DNA of 64,000 nt from Candidatus Dadabacteria bacterium (GCA_963805855.1 CAWDVW010000005.1:800001-864000); one strand, 5' to 3'. Shown: positions 10,301 to 21,877, numbered from the stretch's first letter. A program made the numbers and translations. Notes: generated by a model from the sequence alone, not told the origin.

Positions 10301-11059
10301 ATGCCACAGCTTAAAAAAATAGTCTACTTCCTTAACCAATATCTTAAAATAGGTGATATTAAAGACACTTGCTGGAATGGGCTTCAATTCGAGGGCAAAT
10401 CAGAGGTAAAGAAAATTGCCTTTGCGGTTGATGCAAGCATCGATACGTTTAAACTGGCCATCCAAAAACAAGCCGATTTAATAGTTGTACACCATGGGCA
10501 TTTTTGGGAGACCCAAAACCCTTCGATAGTCGGATGGGCAAAAGAACGGGTAGAAATCCTGTCCAAACACCAGACGTCGCTTTATGCCTGCCATCTCCCG
10601 TTGGACAGACACAGGATAGTAGGAAACAATGCCCAGCTATTGAAATTACTCGGAGCGAACATCACGAATGAATTTTTGTTACACGAGGGCAAAAATATCG
10701 GCTGGATCGGTACGACCAGAAGAGCAGTCTCATTGAAACAAATCGAGCGTAAACTAAACGCCAAATTGAATACAAATTGTATACCGCTTCCCTTTGGAAA
10801 TGAAAAAGTCAATACAATTGCCGTTTGCAGCGGCGGTGGAGGGTACGGAGGGTTTTACGAAGCATTGAATTCGTGTGTCGACTTATATATCACTGGCGAT
10901 GCAATTGAAGTCTATTATACAGCACAGGATTCAAAAATGAACGTAATCTTTGCAGGCCATCACGCCACGGAGACCTTAGGATTGAAGGCCCTCGCAGAAG
11001 TTGTTAAGCGAAAATTTAGAGTCCAATGCACGTTCATAGACTTGCCTACAGGGCTTTGA
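10301..11059 (+). CDS. Nif3-like dinuclear metal center protein
   Basis: NGLQ, VHHG, HLPLD, GHHATE. Confidence 0.92.
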   Translation: MPQLKKIVYFLNQYLKIGDIKDTCWNGLQFEGKSEVKKIAFAVDASIDTFKLAIQKQADLIVVHHGHFWETQNPSIVGWAKERVEILSKHQTSLYACHLPLDRHRIVGNNAQLLKLLGANITNEFLLHEGKNIGWIGTTRRAVSLKQIERKLNAKLNTNCIPLPFGNEKVNTIAVCSGGGGYGGFYEALNSCVDLYITGDAIEVYYTAQDSKMNVIFAGHHATETLGLKALAEVVKRKFRVQCTFIDLPTGL

Positions 11060-11111
11060 AGCTTACCTTAGTATTCTTTGGCAATCACGACTTTAATATT
11101 TTTCTTAATTC

Positions 11112-11450
11112 CTAAACCTTCTTTAACCACCCAACAAAGATATCATTACCTTCAATCTTAACATCGTAGGCCGAAACAGAATGGCCTCCCGGGTGGTCGG
11201 GCAAGCCAGTCCTGACATCGAATGTCCAACCGTGCCAGGGGCAGGATACAACATAACCGCTCAATTTCCCTTCCCCGAGAGGTCCCCCCATGTGGGGACA
11301 TATATAGTTAATAGCAAAAAAATCTCCATCAACATTAAAGAGCGCAATCGGTTTTTCAAAGGCTCCTATGACTAGTTTCCCGGTTCCAGAGGGAAGTTCG
11401 TCAATCGTCGCTACCTTTACATAACCAGGCCTTCCCATTTCCCAACCCAC
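11112..11450 (-). CDS. Rieske ferredoxin
   Basis: CPHMG...CPWHG. Confidence 0.9.
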   Translation of the reverse strand: MGWEMGRPGYVKVATIDELPSGTGKLVIGAFEKPIALFNVDGDFFAINYICPHMGGPLGEGKLSGYVVSCPWHGWTFDVRTGLPDHPGGHSVSAYDVKIEGNDIFVGWLKKV

Positions 11451-11555
11451 CTAAAGTTAATAATGCAATATCAGTTATCTACAATTAGCCGGACACTCAA
11501 ATCACGTTTATTTGAAGCCAATAATAAGGTTCAGGTCATAAGCGAATTCAAGATT

Positions 11556-12185
11556 CTATTGAACAGGAAGTGTCAAATAAACATTGTCCTTACGATCCAG
11601 AAACCTCTCGATAGCACCCTTGCCGCCTTCTAAAACAGATTCCCCGTCGCCGACAAGCACTATATCAAAATTATATTCGAGTAAGACCTTTATAGAATCC
11701 TTTGCCTTCCGAGGATCGGCATATTTACCCTCAGGAAGCAGCGAAAATTCCCCCTTTGGCCAGCCAATAATCGCATCCCCAATAAAAAGAACCCCTTTAC
11801 CTTTAGAAAGAAGAAGGGCTGATTCTCCCGGCGACTTGTTATTAGGAATGTTTATCACCTTAAGATCTCCTGGCAATTGATCTCTATCGCCAAATGTCTG
11901 GTCAGGAGAAGATTTAAGAAATGCAGAATCCATTTCATTGACGTAAATCTTTGCCGCATATCTATCCCTGAATTCATAGGCCATCCTCTCGTGATCCTTG
12001 TTTGTTAAGATAATGTATTTCGGGGTTCCGAGCCTGAGAATATCATCGAGCTCCTCTTCGCTCACAAGCGCAGGATCAATGATGATCAGACCATCCTCTC
12101 CCTTCAAAGCATACCCATTAAAGTTATATCCGTGCTTTGGAGATAACCAAGACCATGTATAAATGCCTGTATAGATTTCTTCCAT
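11556..12185 (-). CDS. MBL-fold metallo-hydrolase-like protein
   Basis: IIDP, TNKDHER, GDA, VGDG. Confidence 0.75.
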   Translation of the reverse strand: MEEIYTGIYTWSWLSPKHGYNFNGYALKGEDGLIIIDPALVSEEELDDILRLGTPKYIILTNKDHERMAYEFRDRYAAKIYVNEMDSAFLKSSPDQTFGDRDQLPGDLKVINIPNNKSPGESALLLSKGKGVLFIGDAIIGWPKGEFSLLPEGKYADPRKAKDSIKVLLEYNFDIVLVGDGESVLEGGKGAIERFLDRKDNVYLTLPVQ

Positions 12186-12414
12186 ATGAACACTTAATTT
12201 TGGATAATAGATTCAACCAAATATTATAGCTATTCGTACCAATGAAGCAAAAACTAATAACATTTTATCAAAAAAAGTATCTTTCCGTTACCCACACCAA
12301 ACCTCCGTTCGATAAATGCGAATCCAATCACAAACGACTTTGAGAACCGATTGACAAAATATGCTTCAGGTCTTACAATAATTTCGGTGGTTTTATTGAA
12401 CTGGAGCGGATTAA

Positions 12415-13959
12415 ATGAGTAGTGATATAGTTAAAATATTTGATACGACACTCAGAGACGGCGAGCAAGCCCCTGGATGTGGAATGACCGTAGAGGAAAA
12501 GCTCAGGGTTGCTTACCAGTTAGAAAAACTTGGTGTAGACATTATCGAAGCCGGCTTTCCTATCTCCTCGGAGGGTGATTTTCAATCAGTGAAAGTTATT
12601 GCCGATAAAATCAGGGGCTGTGAGATTGCTGGCCTCTGCAGGGCCAATTTCAATGATATAGATAGAGGTTGGGAAGCAATAAAAGGAGCTGAATATCCCA
12701 GGATTCATACCTTCATAGCGACCTCCGACATTCATCTCAAGCACAAACTCAGAAAAGACAAGGAAGAGGTCCTGGAAATAATCAGCGCCGCCGTTAAGCA
12801 CGCTAAGCGATATACTGACAACGTTGAATTCTCGACCGAAGATGCCACCAGAACGGATCTTGATTACCTCTGCCGCTCTGTGGATATAGCCATAAGAGCT
12901 GGTGCTACCACTATTAATATTCCGGATACGGTCGGATATACATTTCCCGAAGAGTTCGCACATATAATAAGAACATTGAAAGAGAAGGTTCCTGGCCTTG
13001 ATAATGTAACATTGAGCGTCCATTGCCATAACGATCTTGGACTGGCGGTCGCAAACTCAATTGCGGCAATTAAGGAGGGTGCGAGGCAGGTTGAATGCAC
13101 GATCAATGGGCTTGGCGAGCGGGCTGGAAATGCATCGCTTGAAGAAATCGTTATGGCACTTAAGGTACGAAGTGACAGACATCCGTATAAAACCCGAATC
13201 GTCACGGAGCAGATCTACCCAACAAGCAGAATAGTGTCACAGGTCACGGGGGTAAGTGTTCAGCCAAATAAAGCGATCGTAGGAGCTAATGCTTTTGCAC
13301 ATGAAGCAGGGATACATCAAGACGGAGTCCTAAAGGAAAGAATTACCTATGAAATAATGAAGGCCGAGGAAATTGGCATTCCTTCAAATAAAATAATCCT
13401 CGGAAAACACTCGGGCAGACATGCATTCAGAAAAAGGCTCGAAGAGTATGGCTATTTTCTAAACGAAGCGGATTTTCTCACCGCATTTAAAAAGTTTAAA
13501 GACCTCGCAGACAAGAAAAAGTACGTTTTTGACGAGGATATTGAAGCACTGATCAGTGAAGAGTTTGTTCGTTCTTCGGATTACTATAAGCTCATTTCGG
13601 CTAACTTTTCGGGCGGGACCGATATGAATCCAGTCGCAACTGTTAAGCTCGATATAGAAGGAGAGGAGGTAATAGTATCCGAGAGCGGTGGGGGCCCGGT
13701 AGATGCCGCCTATAAAGCCATTTCCAAGGCAACTGGTATAAATCCCAATCTTGAACATTACATGGTGGCTTCGATTACTGGTGGTACCGACGCACAAGGC
13801 GAAGTTACCGTAAGAATCGAAGATGATGGAATTTTCTCTCAGGGCCAAGGTTCGAGTACCGACATTGTGGTTGCTAGCGCAAAGGCTTATATAAATGCTC
13901 TCAATAAGCTTAGATGGAGAAAGGAGCACCCTAAAAGAGCAACAACAAGAGGACTTTAG
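12415..13959 (+). CDS. leuA: 2-isopropylmalate synthase
   Basis: [25 protein letters not shown]-terminal regulatory domain. Confidence 0.97.
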   Translation: MSSDIVKIFDTTLRDGEQAPGCGMTVEEKLRVAYQLEKLGVDIIEAGFPISSEGDFQSVKVIADKIRGCEIAGLCRANFNDIDRGWEAIKGAEYPRIHTFIATSDIHLKHKLRKDKEEVLEIISAAVKHAKRYTDNVEFSTEDATRTDLDYLCRSVDIAIRAGATTINIPDTVGYTFPEEFAHIIRTLKEKVPGLDNVTLSVHCHNDLGLAVANSIAAIKEGARQVECTINGLGERAGNASLEEIVMALKVRSDRHPYKTRIVTEQIYPTSRIVSQVTGVSVQPNKAIVGANAFAHEAGIHQDGVLKERITYEIMKAEEIGIPSNKIILGKHSGRHAFRKRLEEYGYFLNEADFLTAFKKFKDLADKKKYVFDEDIEALISEEFVRSSDYYKLISANFSGGTDMNPVATVKLDIEGEEVIVSESGGGPVDAAYKAISKATGINPNLEHYMVASITGGTDAQGEVTVRIEDDGIFSQGQGSSTDIVVASAKAYINALNKLRWRKEHPKRATTRGL

Positions 13960-14092
13960 GTTCCGGTAACTCGCCATAGCTTGTTTGGACAAGACACATA
14001 GTATAACCTTCTTATATATAGGACTTTTCGGTTGACAATTGAACTATTGGAATAAGTAACACAAGTAAAGTAACTCCAGATTAAACATAGCC

Positions 14093-15580
14093 ATGGCATT
14101 TCCATCCGACAAAATAGCAAGTTGCATAAGGGCTGAATATCCACTTATCTACCTCATTAGTTGGGAAGAAGAACGTGTCGAAGAGTCGTTGAGACTACTT
14201 TCAAAGGAGTCGTTTCATGATGAATATGGTGTATACTCCTGGTCCTGTACCAACGGGTTTAGCGGAGGAAATGGGGTATCAGAAGGAATCGACGACGCCT
14301 TAAGTGCCTTGAAAAAGGTTCAGGAGACCAATCAAAAGGGGTTCTTTCTTTTTAAGGATCTTCACTTTTTTCTTAACGACCCAAAGATAATAAGAGAATT
14401 GAAGGACCTACATCAAACCCTGAAAAGTAGCTCTAAAACCCTGTTCATTATTTCCCCCTCTGCAGTCCTCCCACCTGAACTAGAAAAGGAAATAACAATA
14501 TTCGAAATCGGACTTCCAGATGCAGATGATGCCACGATGATATTTGACGAAGTTACAACTCCATTTAAAGATAGCAGCCGTCAAAATCATTATACCCCTG
14601 AGTTCAGGGAAAAATGCGTTCACGCTTTGCAGGGCCTAGGATCTTCCGAAATGAAATTTGCTCTGAGGAGGATTCTTCTGGATGGAGACGAAAAAAGTGA
14701 AGAAGAGATCGTTACATCCCTCATGGATGAGAAGGCTCTCCTAATAAATAGAACCGGAACGCTGGAGTATGTAAGGGGTAGGGTAGGCTTGGATGACATC
14801 GGTGGCCTGGAAAATCTAAAGGAATGGCTCAAAACCAGGGCATTAGCATTTGGCCCGGATGGCAGGAAACGTGGGCTTGACATGCCCAAGGGATTACTGA
14901 TAATGGGAATAAGCGGTTGTGGTAAGAGCCTATGTGCTAAATCCGTCGCTTCGGTTTGGAATTTACCGCTATTGAGGCTCGACCTAAATCAACTTTATAG
15001 CGGTGTATTTGGAACCCCCGAAGAAGCCTTTCGAAACACAATAAAGACCGTTGAAACAATTTCTCCCTGTGTGCTATGGATAGATGAGATCGAGGCCGGG
15101 ATCACAAGGAGCGGGGAGAAAACGGGCGATAGTCCTGCATCCAGGATATTCGGCTCTTTTCTTACCTGGATGCAAGAAAAGAAACACCCCGTATTTATAG
15201 CTGCCACTGCAAATCAAATCGACCTGCTACCGCCGGAGATCTTGAGAAAGGGCAGGTTCGATGAGATCTTCTTCGTATCCCTTCCATCAAAAATAGATCG
15301 AAAAGAGATATTCCGAATTCATCTTGTCAACCGCCATAAGGATCCCGACTCCTTCGATTTAGATTCCCTTGCCAAGAACACCGAAGGACTTTCCGGCTCA
15401 GAGATCGAACAGGTTGTGGTCTCCGCCCTTTTTGAAGCCTATTCAAAACAAAAGGAATTGGATGACAGAGAACTTATAATCGCAGCGTCTTCTATAGTTC
15501 CACTCTCTACAACGATGCGGGAGGAGATTTCTAGGCTAGAGAGATGGGCATCAGATCGAGCAGTAGCAGCATCAAAGTGA
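14093..15580 (+). CDS. Ycf46-like AAA+ ATPase
   Basis: GISGCGKS, WIDEIE, LRKGRFDE; Ycf46-type N-terminal domain. Confidence 0.88.
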   Translation: MAFPSDKIASCIRAEYPLIYLISWEEERVEESLRLLSKESFHDEYGVYSWSCTNGFSGGNGVSEGIDDALSALKKVQETNQKGFFLFKDLHFFLNDPKIIRELKDLHQTLKSSSKTLFIISPSAVLPPELEKEITIFEIGLPDADDATMIFDEVTTPFKDSSRQNHYTPEFREKCVHALQGLGSSEMKFALRRILLDGDEKSEEEIVTSLMDEKALLINRTGTLEYVRGRVGLDDIGGLENLKEWLKTRALAFGPDGRKRGLDMPKGLLIMGISGCGKSLCAKSVASVWNLPLLRLDLNQLYSGVFGTPEEAFRNTIKTVETISPCVLWIDEIEAGITRSGEKTGDSPASRIFGSFLTWMQEKKHPVFIAATANQIDLLPPEILRKGRFDEIFFVSLPSKIDRKEIFRIHLVNRHKDPDSFDLDSLAKNTEGLSGSEIEQVVVSALFEAYSKQKELDDRELIIAASSIVPLSTTMREEISRLERWASDRAVAASK

Positions 15581-15696
15581 ACCCTTAAGACGAAATTGAA
15601 ATCATTTCACCGGGAACATGGTGAAATGAATCAATCTCAGATGTTTTCTCGTCAATGATTACGATATAAATTCTCTATCAAGATAGTAAGTGGCAT

Positions 15697-15791
15697 AAAA
15701 AAGAAAAGTGGGAATGATCTAAAGGCTTTAGAAACATTCCCACTATCTTAAAGGAGGATGGAGGATGATTTAAGTTTTCAAATTAAATACA
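15697..15791 (-). ncRNA. Candidate sRNA copy 1 with UCCUCC (anti-SD) motif
   Basis: TTGACA-17-TATATT promoter (15826-15798), ATCCTCCATCCTCCTTT, GTGGGAATG/CATTCCCAC hairpin plus U-tract; paralog at ~21.9 kb. Confidence 0.65.
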
Positions 15792-15948
15792 ATTATTAAT
15801 ATAAAGCAATTTACTTAAGTTGTCAAGTAGTTTTTTAATTTAATTAATTAATTTGCTTTTGGTTAGTATTTTTTGGTAATTTTAGATAAAATTTTTAGTC
15901 GGCCATATTTAATGTACAGAGAAACTGAATGTTTTTCTTACAACAAGT

Positions 15949-16025
15949 GGGGATGTAGCTCAGACTGGGAGAGCGCCGCCTTCGCAAGGCGGAGGTCGGG
16001 GGTTCGAATCCCCTCATCTCCACCA
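15949..16025 (+). tRNA. tRNA-Ala(CGC)
   Basis: CCGCC-TT-CGC-AA-GGCGG anticodon arm; GTTCGAATC; CCA. Confidence 0.95.
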
Positions 16026-16082
16026 CTAAATTTTATATTAATTACCTTGAGTTAAAACAATTACATTAGTGTCCATAGTCTC

Positions 16083-16300
16083 TTAATTTGTGTCTGAGGT
16101 GTCCGAATAGGTGTCTATCGCAGCCGATTTTAAGCGATTTCCTGGCTTATAGATAGCGGATTTTTTAGCCTCTTCCCAGGTATGACTGTATCGCTGCAGC
16201 ATCCTCATATCTTTATGTCCAGATATAGCCATTACGGTTGCGTTATCTTCTTTTTCATCAACTATGAGGGTCGAGACAAAAGTATGTCTCATATCGTGAA
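16083..16300 (-). pseudogene. Tyrosine integrase C-terminal remnant
   Basis: FHDMRHTF...SGHKDMRMLQRYSH; C-terminus resembles the 22326-23369 integrase; N-terminus missing. Confidence 0.85.
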
Positions 16301-16306
16301 AGCTTC

Positions 16307-16392
16307 CGGGGTAAGGTGATCTTGTATTACTACAGGGAGAAAACGCCTTCACGCCTGATATAGCGGGGTTAAAATGGCTAAACTGCACGTCC
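16307..16392. repeat. Island repeat, copy 1 (truncated)
   Basis: cggggtaaggt...gagaaaacgcc...gttaaaatggctaaactgcac; homologous to 24754, 26750, 29542. Confidence 0.75.
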
Positions 16393-16406
16393 GATTAATT
16401 GCGTTG

Positions 16407-16727
16407 TTAGATGTCATTGGTTTGTTTCCGACCTTTTTGATAGGGAACAAGAATCACTTTCTTATTACCCCAATAGATGATTAGGCCTAAAAACGCATAA
16501 CTGACAAGCGCTGGGATAAGCCACTCAAGACCTCGGAAGTACAGCAACATTGTAAAAACCAACGAAATGACAGCTATAAAGATACAGAAGGCTTGTCTGT
16601 ATTTTGTATCGGTATCGACCATGAACCTCCCTCGGCAATTGGGGCATATTCTGTAATTCTTGAAGAGGCCTTGGTGGCGAAGCTCCCTTAAACAAATCTC
16701 AATCTCGCAGTATGGACATGTTGTCAT
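16407..16727 (-). CDS. Zn-ribbon membrane protein in a cassette-like unit
   Basis: CxxC...CxxC, two TM helices; flanked by GTTAGGTG and CATCTAAC. Confidence 0.75.
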   Translation of the reverse strand: MTTCPYCEIEICLRELRHQGLFKNYRICPNCRGRFMVDTDTKYRQAFCIFIAVISLVFTMLLYFRGLEWLIPALVSYAFLGLIIYWGNKKVILVPYQKGRKQTNDI

Positions 16728-16739
16728 CGAGAGATCACA

Positions 16740-16848
16740 CCTAACTGTTAATTAGACTGCAATAATGCAGCATAATTCCCTATGAGGGATTTTATCCTGC
16801 AAATCGCTCTTCTAGTTGATACTAAGATAAATGTAATTTCTAGTCAAT
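16740..16848 (-). promoter_or_regulatory. Pc-like promoter plus attI-like site (copy A)
   Basis: TTGACT-17-TAGTAT, then ~74 bp to GTTAGGT; homologous to 30356-30466. Confidence 0.65.
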
Positions 16849-16986
16849 ATGAATGTATAGGAAAAATGAGCTACCCCCATAATAAGTCCATAACGAGAAC
16901 TAGATTTTTGATGAGCAACGCTGTAGACAGGAACTCATCAGAGTAATTAGGAAGGATTACATTTGTGAAATTTATATAATTCCATA

Positions 16987-17826
16987 CTATGCCGCCTGCC
17001 ATCTAACCTCATACAGCCGCACAGGCTCATCGAAACCACGTAGCGGTATCTCACCCTGGTCGGAAAATGGCAATTTCTTGCCGATGCACAGATCTTGTAT
17101 TACACGTGTGACCAAAATCTGTTCAGGTTTAGCATGGTCACAGATGCGAGCAGCGAGTTGGACGGTGGAGCCAAATAGATCCTGGCCTCCCGTGACGGGC
17201 TCACCAGCAGTGATGCCAATGCGAAGGTGGATAGTAGCGATGGGCTCCTTATTATTACAAGAAGCAACAGCCCTTTGAATAGACATAGCACACTCTACAG
17301 CGCGAGAAACAGAGCAAAAGGAAACCATGAAACCGTCACCTGTGTGTTTAACTTCGTTGCCATCATGAGTCTTTATAACATCGCGAATAATGGCATCATG
17401 AGTACGAAGGAGTTCCATGGCTTTAGAGTCCCCGAGGCGTGTTGTTATAGTCGTGGAACCCTCCATATCCGTGAACATGATAGTGCGAAAGGCAGAGTCT
17501 ATTATTGGTACGTTACTGGTAGGCGCAGGCGACTTGGTTGGCATTGGCGGGTCCTCAATTCTTCCAAGGAACGCCTTCACGGCCCCAGGGTTGACTTCGA
17601 TGATTTCGCTGGGAACATGTCCATGAGCTTCATGGTGCATCTGCTCTACAGCTTGTTTTCTCGGAGCCTCTATTAAACAAAAAGTCGTACCATTTGCTTC
17701 ATCAAACCAATATGTCAGGGCCTTGCAACCATACTTGTCTTGGATTTCAAGATCTTTCTGATGGGCCTCTGCAACTTCAGTTGCAGTCGTGCCTTTGATG
17801 TCATGACGATCCATATAGATAGGCAT
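16987..17826 (-). CDS. DUF4242 domain + class III nucleotidyl cyclase
   Basis: AHQKDLEIQDKYG...CLIEAP...H.EAHG; FTDMEGST, KHTGDG, DLFGSTVQLAARI. Confidence 0.88.
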   Translation of the reverse strand: MPIYMDRHDIKGTTATEVAEAHQKDLEIQDKYGCKALTYWFDEANGTTFCLIEAPRKQAVEQMHHEAHGHVPSEIIEVNPGAVKAFLGRIEDPPMPTKSPAPTSNVPIIDSAFRTIMFTDMEGSTTITTRLGDSKAMELLRTHDAIIRDVIKTHDGNEVKHTGDGFMVSFCSVSRAVECAMSIQRAVASCNNKEPIATIHLRIGITAGEPVTGGQDLFGSTVQLAARICDHAKPEQILVTRVIQDLCIGKKLPFSDQGEIPLRGFDEPVRLYEVRWQAA

Positions 17827-18594
17827 TCGATCCTCCCTGTCTCAATAAAGGCGACCTGTCTAATTATTTTATACAGCTCAATTGGAAGCCTCACTTGCAT
17901 ATGCTCAATTTTTGCATTATCCAGTTTAGGTTGTTCCATAGTAGCTCATGATAATGTATGAGCGCATGTAGGTCAATGTCAGAGATAATAAATATAGAGT
18001 TTTAAAGCAACGCTTAAAATACAGTTTCGCTATTAACGCCGTAGAGATGTTTTAATCTGAAAAGTTACACTATAACCTCTCTTAAAAAAATCTTTTAACC
18101 TTGCTTTATAGACAAGCTATAACAAGCATTTCCAAGTCTTATTTTGAGTAGAAATATCTTACATTAAGTAGTACAATTGGTGGTTGAGATTTTAAGTCAG
18201 GGGAGAGCTACTATAGTGAATTGACCCATCTGTACTGATCCCCTTTTGTCAAGAAGGGTTTAAGTTGGAATTATGTGATTCATATCTCGTTCAAACTGGC
18301 TTTGCGAGCAAGAATCCGGGGAAATTGTACGGTTCCTATCGGTTTATATTGGTTTCTTTGCATTGTCCGTATTCTAAGAACCCGCGCTGCACACCATTTA
18401 GTATGGATTCAAGGTAAATAACTACTCCGGAAATGTATCATTAGCGATTCCCGCCCTAATGGTGTTTTCTATTTATTGTTAAGCTTCGTAGTTACGAAGG
18501 GGCAGTTCTTTTTTGATTCGTCAAATATTGTAATTCAAGGTATAAAACTTTAGTATACTTATATATAGCGTACAAAATCGTTAGGAGGATTGGA

Positions 18595-19638
18595 ATGAAA
18601 TTAACTAAACCGCATGTGTTCGCTTTTGTACTCCTCTTGTACCTTATGTCCATAGGGGGCTGTAACGATAGTGAGAATTCCGGTGATGCGAATGTTCCTG
18701 CTTTAGTACCTTTTGATTTGAATGTCGCTGTGGAGTTGGCGACCCTAAGCCTTGTAGCTTATGACCAGCGTCTTCAGTGTATTAGCGGAGGTAAGGATGC
18801 GATAACGGTACCGGAAGGTTTCAAATTACAGGAGGTAATTTATCAACAGGTCGATACTAGTACGGATAGTGGTTGTAAGGACGATCCTCAGATAATCCCC
18901 ATAGCATTTATCGCAACGAAAGATGATAAAATCTTTCTCTCTTTCAGAGGGACTGCAAGCGTTTCGGATGAACTTGCAGACGCGCTGATTGAGCAAGAGC
19001 CGTTTACGTTTTTTATGATGGCTCCAGCAACCAATGCAAAGGTACAGCAAGGTTTCAACGAAGTATACATGGAGATCCGGGGGCCTATATTTGAAAAGAT
19101 AGAAGCTTTATCGAATGAGATGCAAGACGATGTGTTCAAATACAATACCTTGTTTATTACCGGACACAGCCTGGGGGCCGCACTCGCGGTGCTTGCAGTA
19201 CCCGACCTTAAGGAGGGTATTGAAAATCTTCCTCCGGTGGTAATGTACAACTTTGCCGGACCGAGTGTAGGAAATCCTGATTTTGTAGATCTGTATATGC
19301 AATCTGTACGCTCAAGCTGGAGGGTGGTAAATACGAAAGACGTTATTCCGAAACTGCCCCCGACAACGCTGGATTGCGACAATTACAGGTATGAGCATGC
19401 AGCAGGTGAATGGGATATTAAATTCGGGCCTAATCTTCCAGCTCTGCCTAAATTCAGTTGCAAAAATATTGGTATTATACAAGCTCAGATTTTGGAATAT
19501 CTATCAGATAATGAAAAGAAGGTGGAGATAGATCACAGCATGTGTACGTACCATGACACTCTTTGTGAAGAGCTCGTGGGCAATGAAGATTGTGCGGATA
19601 CCACAGACAATTCGCTCCATTGCACCCAATCTGAGTAG
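18595..19638 (+). CDS. Lipase class 3, predicted lipoprotein
   Basis: Lipobox IGGC, FRGT, GHSLG, DVIP, C-terminal His. Confidence 0.88.
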   Translation: MKLTKPHVFAFVLLLYLMSIGGCNDSENSGDANVPALVPFDLNVAVELATLSLVAYDQRLQCISGGKDAITVPEGFKLQEVIYQQVDTSTDSGCKDDPQIIPIAFIATKDDKIFLSFRGTASVSDELADALIEQEPFTFFMMAPATNAKVQQGFNEVYMEIRGPIFEKIEALSNEMQDDVFKYNTLFITGHSLGAALAVLAVPDLKEGIENLPPVVMYNFAGPSVGNPDFVDLYMQSVRSSWRVVNTKDVIPKLPPTTLDCDNYRYEHAAGEWDIKFGPNLPALPKFSCKNIGIIQAQILEYLSDNEKKVEIDHSMCTYHDTLCEELVGNEDCADTTDNSLHCTQSE

Positions 19639-19686
19639 TCAGATCGAACTATCCCGAATTAATGTTGAAATAAGCGTTTACTTTTC

Positions 19687-20817
19687 TGTACTGCTTACTT
19701 TATTATCAAGCAGCGTTTAAATGTACAGTATGATTTTTGCAATAATCCTCTTCCACCTGAATCGGCGAGCGGTATCCAAGAGCTGAATGAAGGTAATTCC
19801 GGTTGTAATAATCAACCCATTTATCCAGTCCCTTATTTAACTCCGCTTCACCCTTCCATTCCGTTAGCCAAAAGAGCTCTTCTTTCATTGTTCTTATCAT
19901 TCTCTCTGTATCTGCGTTTCCTTTAGGGTTATTGTAGCTCGTAAATACTTGCTGAACTCCCAGATTAGAACAGGTTTTAATAAAGCTGAGTGAAGTAGGC
20001 TGACTCCCGTTATCACTCATAAGCTTAAGTCCATGTCCTCTTACTCCTCCAGGGAACTCCCTGTTTAGTCCTTTCTCTAAAGCTTCCAGCCATTCTCTAC
20101 TTGTAGCTCTTGTTCCACTGTAGTGACCTACTATCTTCTTCGTATATCAGTCTAGTACTATTACAACATATACCCAGCCGCTGTCAGTGATAACCTTTGT
20201 CATATCTATTCCCCACCACTGCTTAGGCTTATTCGGTTTAGGCTTTGGTCTTTCTGACACTCTATTTGCTATTAGTCTTGGGTTAGGTTTTACAGTAAGG
20301 TTATGCTCTCTCATTAACCTGTATATACGCTTCTTGTTTATTATTAATCCATCTACAAATCGAAGATATGCCCATACTCTCCTGTAACCCCAGAAGGGAT
20401 GTTCTGGTTTTATATCTTTTATCCTTTCAAGTAAGTATTCGTTACGGAGACTTACAGAGTTTGACGGCATTCTCATATAAACTCGTCGTCTGTTTTTTTT
20501 AATTCAACAGTGAGTGAGCCTATTATTTGTTTTAACTCTTTATTCTTCTGACGGAGGCGGTCTATTTCTCCAGTGTCTTTTTTAGAATCAAACGCCTTAT
20601 GAGCTTCGGATAGAAACTTGTCACGCCAAGTGTAGTATTGGTTTTGATGTATTCCGTACTCGTTACATATCTCTGAAACAGGTCGTCCTGACAAGCCTTC
20701 AAGTACTATCTTGGTCTTGGTTTTAGAATCCCATCTTCTTCGCTTCATTGCTCCCTCTCCTTTTACCATAAAATTTACTAGCTTAATTCTACTAGCTTCT
20801 TAATGGGGAGCAGTATA
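19687..20817 (-). mobile_element. IS3-family insertion sequence; orfB interrupted by one nonsense codon
   Basis: OrfA HTH 20473-20769; OrfB WGYRR, GIDMT, SDNG, ER.IRT.KEE with in-frame TGA at 20147-20149; ends tgtactgct / agcagtata. Confidence 0.9.
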
Positions 20818-21043
20818 AATCATCAAATGGCTCTTTTTTGAATCCATTTCTTTTTTTTAGCATGACGTATGGCCTGCAGTATACTTATGCGGGAGGAAAG
20901 TTTTAATTTCTTAGATTTGATATTGTAAATCTCTTTTGAAATATGTTATATTGCTTCCGAAAATTTAAAATCACAAACACATTCGCAAGATCAATCGCTT
21001 CATAGCTTGAACAAATTAATCGAGTCGTAAAGGAGGATAGGGT

Positions 21044-21877
21044 ATGACGCGGAAAGATTTCAAGATTCATTTTTTCAAATTTGAAAGCACAGTACCAAAA
21101 TTCCTTAATATCAAACTTTACCACATTAAAATAATCCTAATCTCATTTTTTGGACTCACGCTGGTATCACTTCTGTCGTTCGTTATTGCATACAAGTATT
21201 ACAAAAGAGCTGAAATAAGTACCAATCAGAAAAGAGAACTGGCCGACCAGCTAAAGAGTCAGTCAAACGTACTAGACGAAATGAGCAAGGATGAACTTGT
21301 ATTGAAATCCAGGTTAGTAGAAATCGAAAAGAAGCTCTTGGAAATGCAGGAGTTACTTGACAAAAAGGGGATAAACAAAGAATTGTCTGTCGGAGGTAAG
21401 TACATCCCGGCCGACGGACTGGAATTATCCTATCTTGATAACATGGAAAAGGATATATATGAGCTGTTTAATGTTATCAAGAGCTATCCCCTGGGTAAGC
21501 CCATGATACAGACCGCTATCAGATCGGGTTTTGGATATAGAAGGGATCCGTTCAAATCCAGACCGGCTTTTCACTCCGGAATAGACTTCGAAGCCAAACC
21601 TGGACAGCCAGTATTTGCGACGGCTGACGGATTAGTCGAAAAAGCGGGCTGGTACTATAGTTATGGCAACACGGTAATAATCAACCATGAAAACGGGTAC
21701 GAAACACTTTATGGACACTTAACAAGGGCAGATGTGAAAGAAGGACAAAGGGTGAAGAGTGGCGATCTTATTGGCAATGCAGGTTCCACTGGAAGGTCCA
21801 CTGGGACACACCTGCATTACGAAATAATAAAAAACGGCAAGAAGCTAAACCCCTCTAAGTACTTAAGTTTAAAGTAA
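21044..21877 (+). CDS. M23 family metallopeptidase
   Basis: HSGID, YGH, STGRSTGTHLHYE; N-terminal TM and coiled coil. Confidence 0.92.
   Translation: MTRKDFKIHFFKFESTVPKFLNIKLYHIKIILISFFGLTLVSLLSFVIAYKYYKRAEISTNQKRELADQLKSQSNVLDEMSKDELVLKSRLVEIEKKLLEMQELLDKKGINKELSVGGKYIPADGLELSYLDNMEKDIYELFNVIKSYPLGKPMIQTAIRSGFGYRRDPFKSRPAFHSGIDFEAKPGQPVFATADGLVEKAGWYYSYGNTVIINHENGYETLYGHLTRADVKEGQRVKSGDLIGNAGSTGRSTGTHLHYEIIKNGKKLNPSKYLSLK

Noticed and set aside
15873-16055. 60-aa ORF
   Set aside because: Overlaps tRNA-Ala; spurious
20147-20149. In-frame TGA in IS orfB as possible recoding
   Set aside because: Falls at a conserved Trp (LDW); TGA is a normal stop elsewhere in the window, so a simple nonsense mutation or sequencing error is more likely
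16025-21043. attR for the tRNA-Ala island
   Set aside because: No duplicate of the tRNA-Ala 3' end found by eye; right boundary undefined
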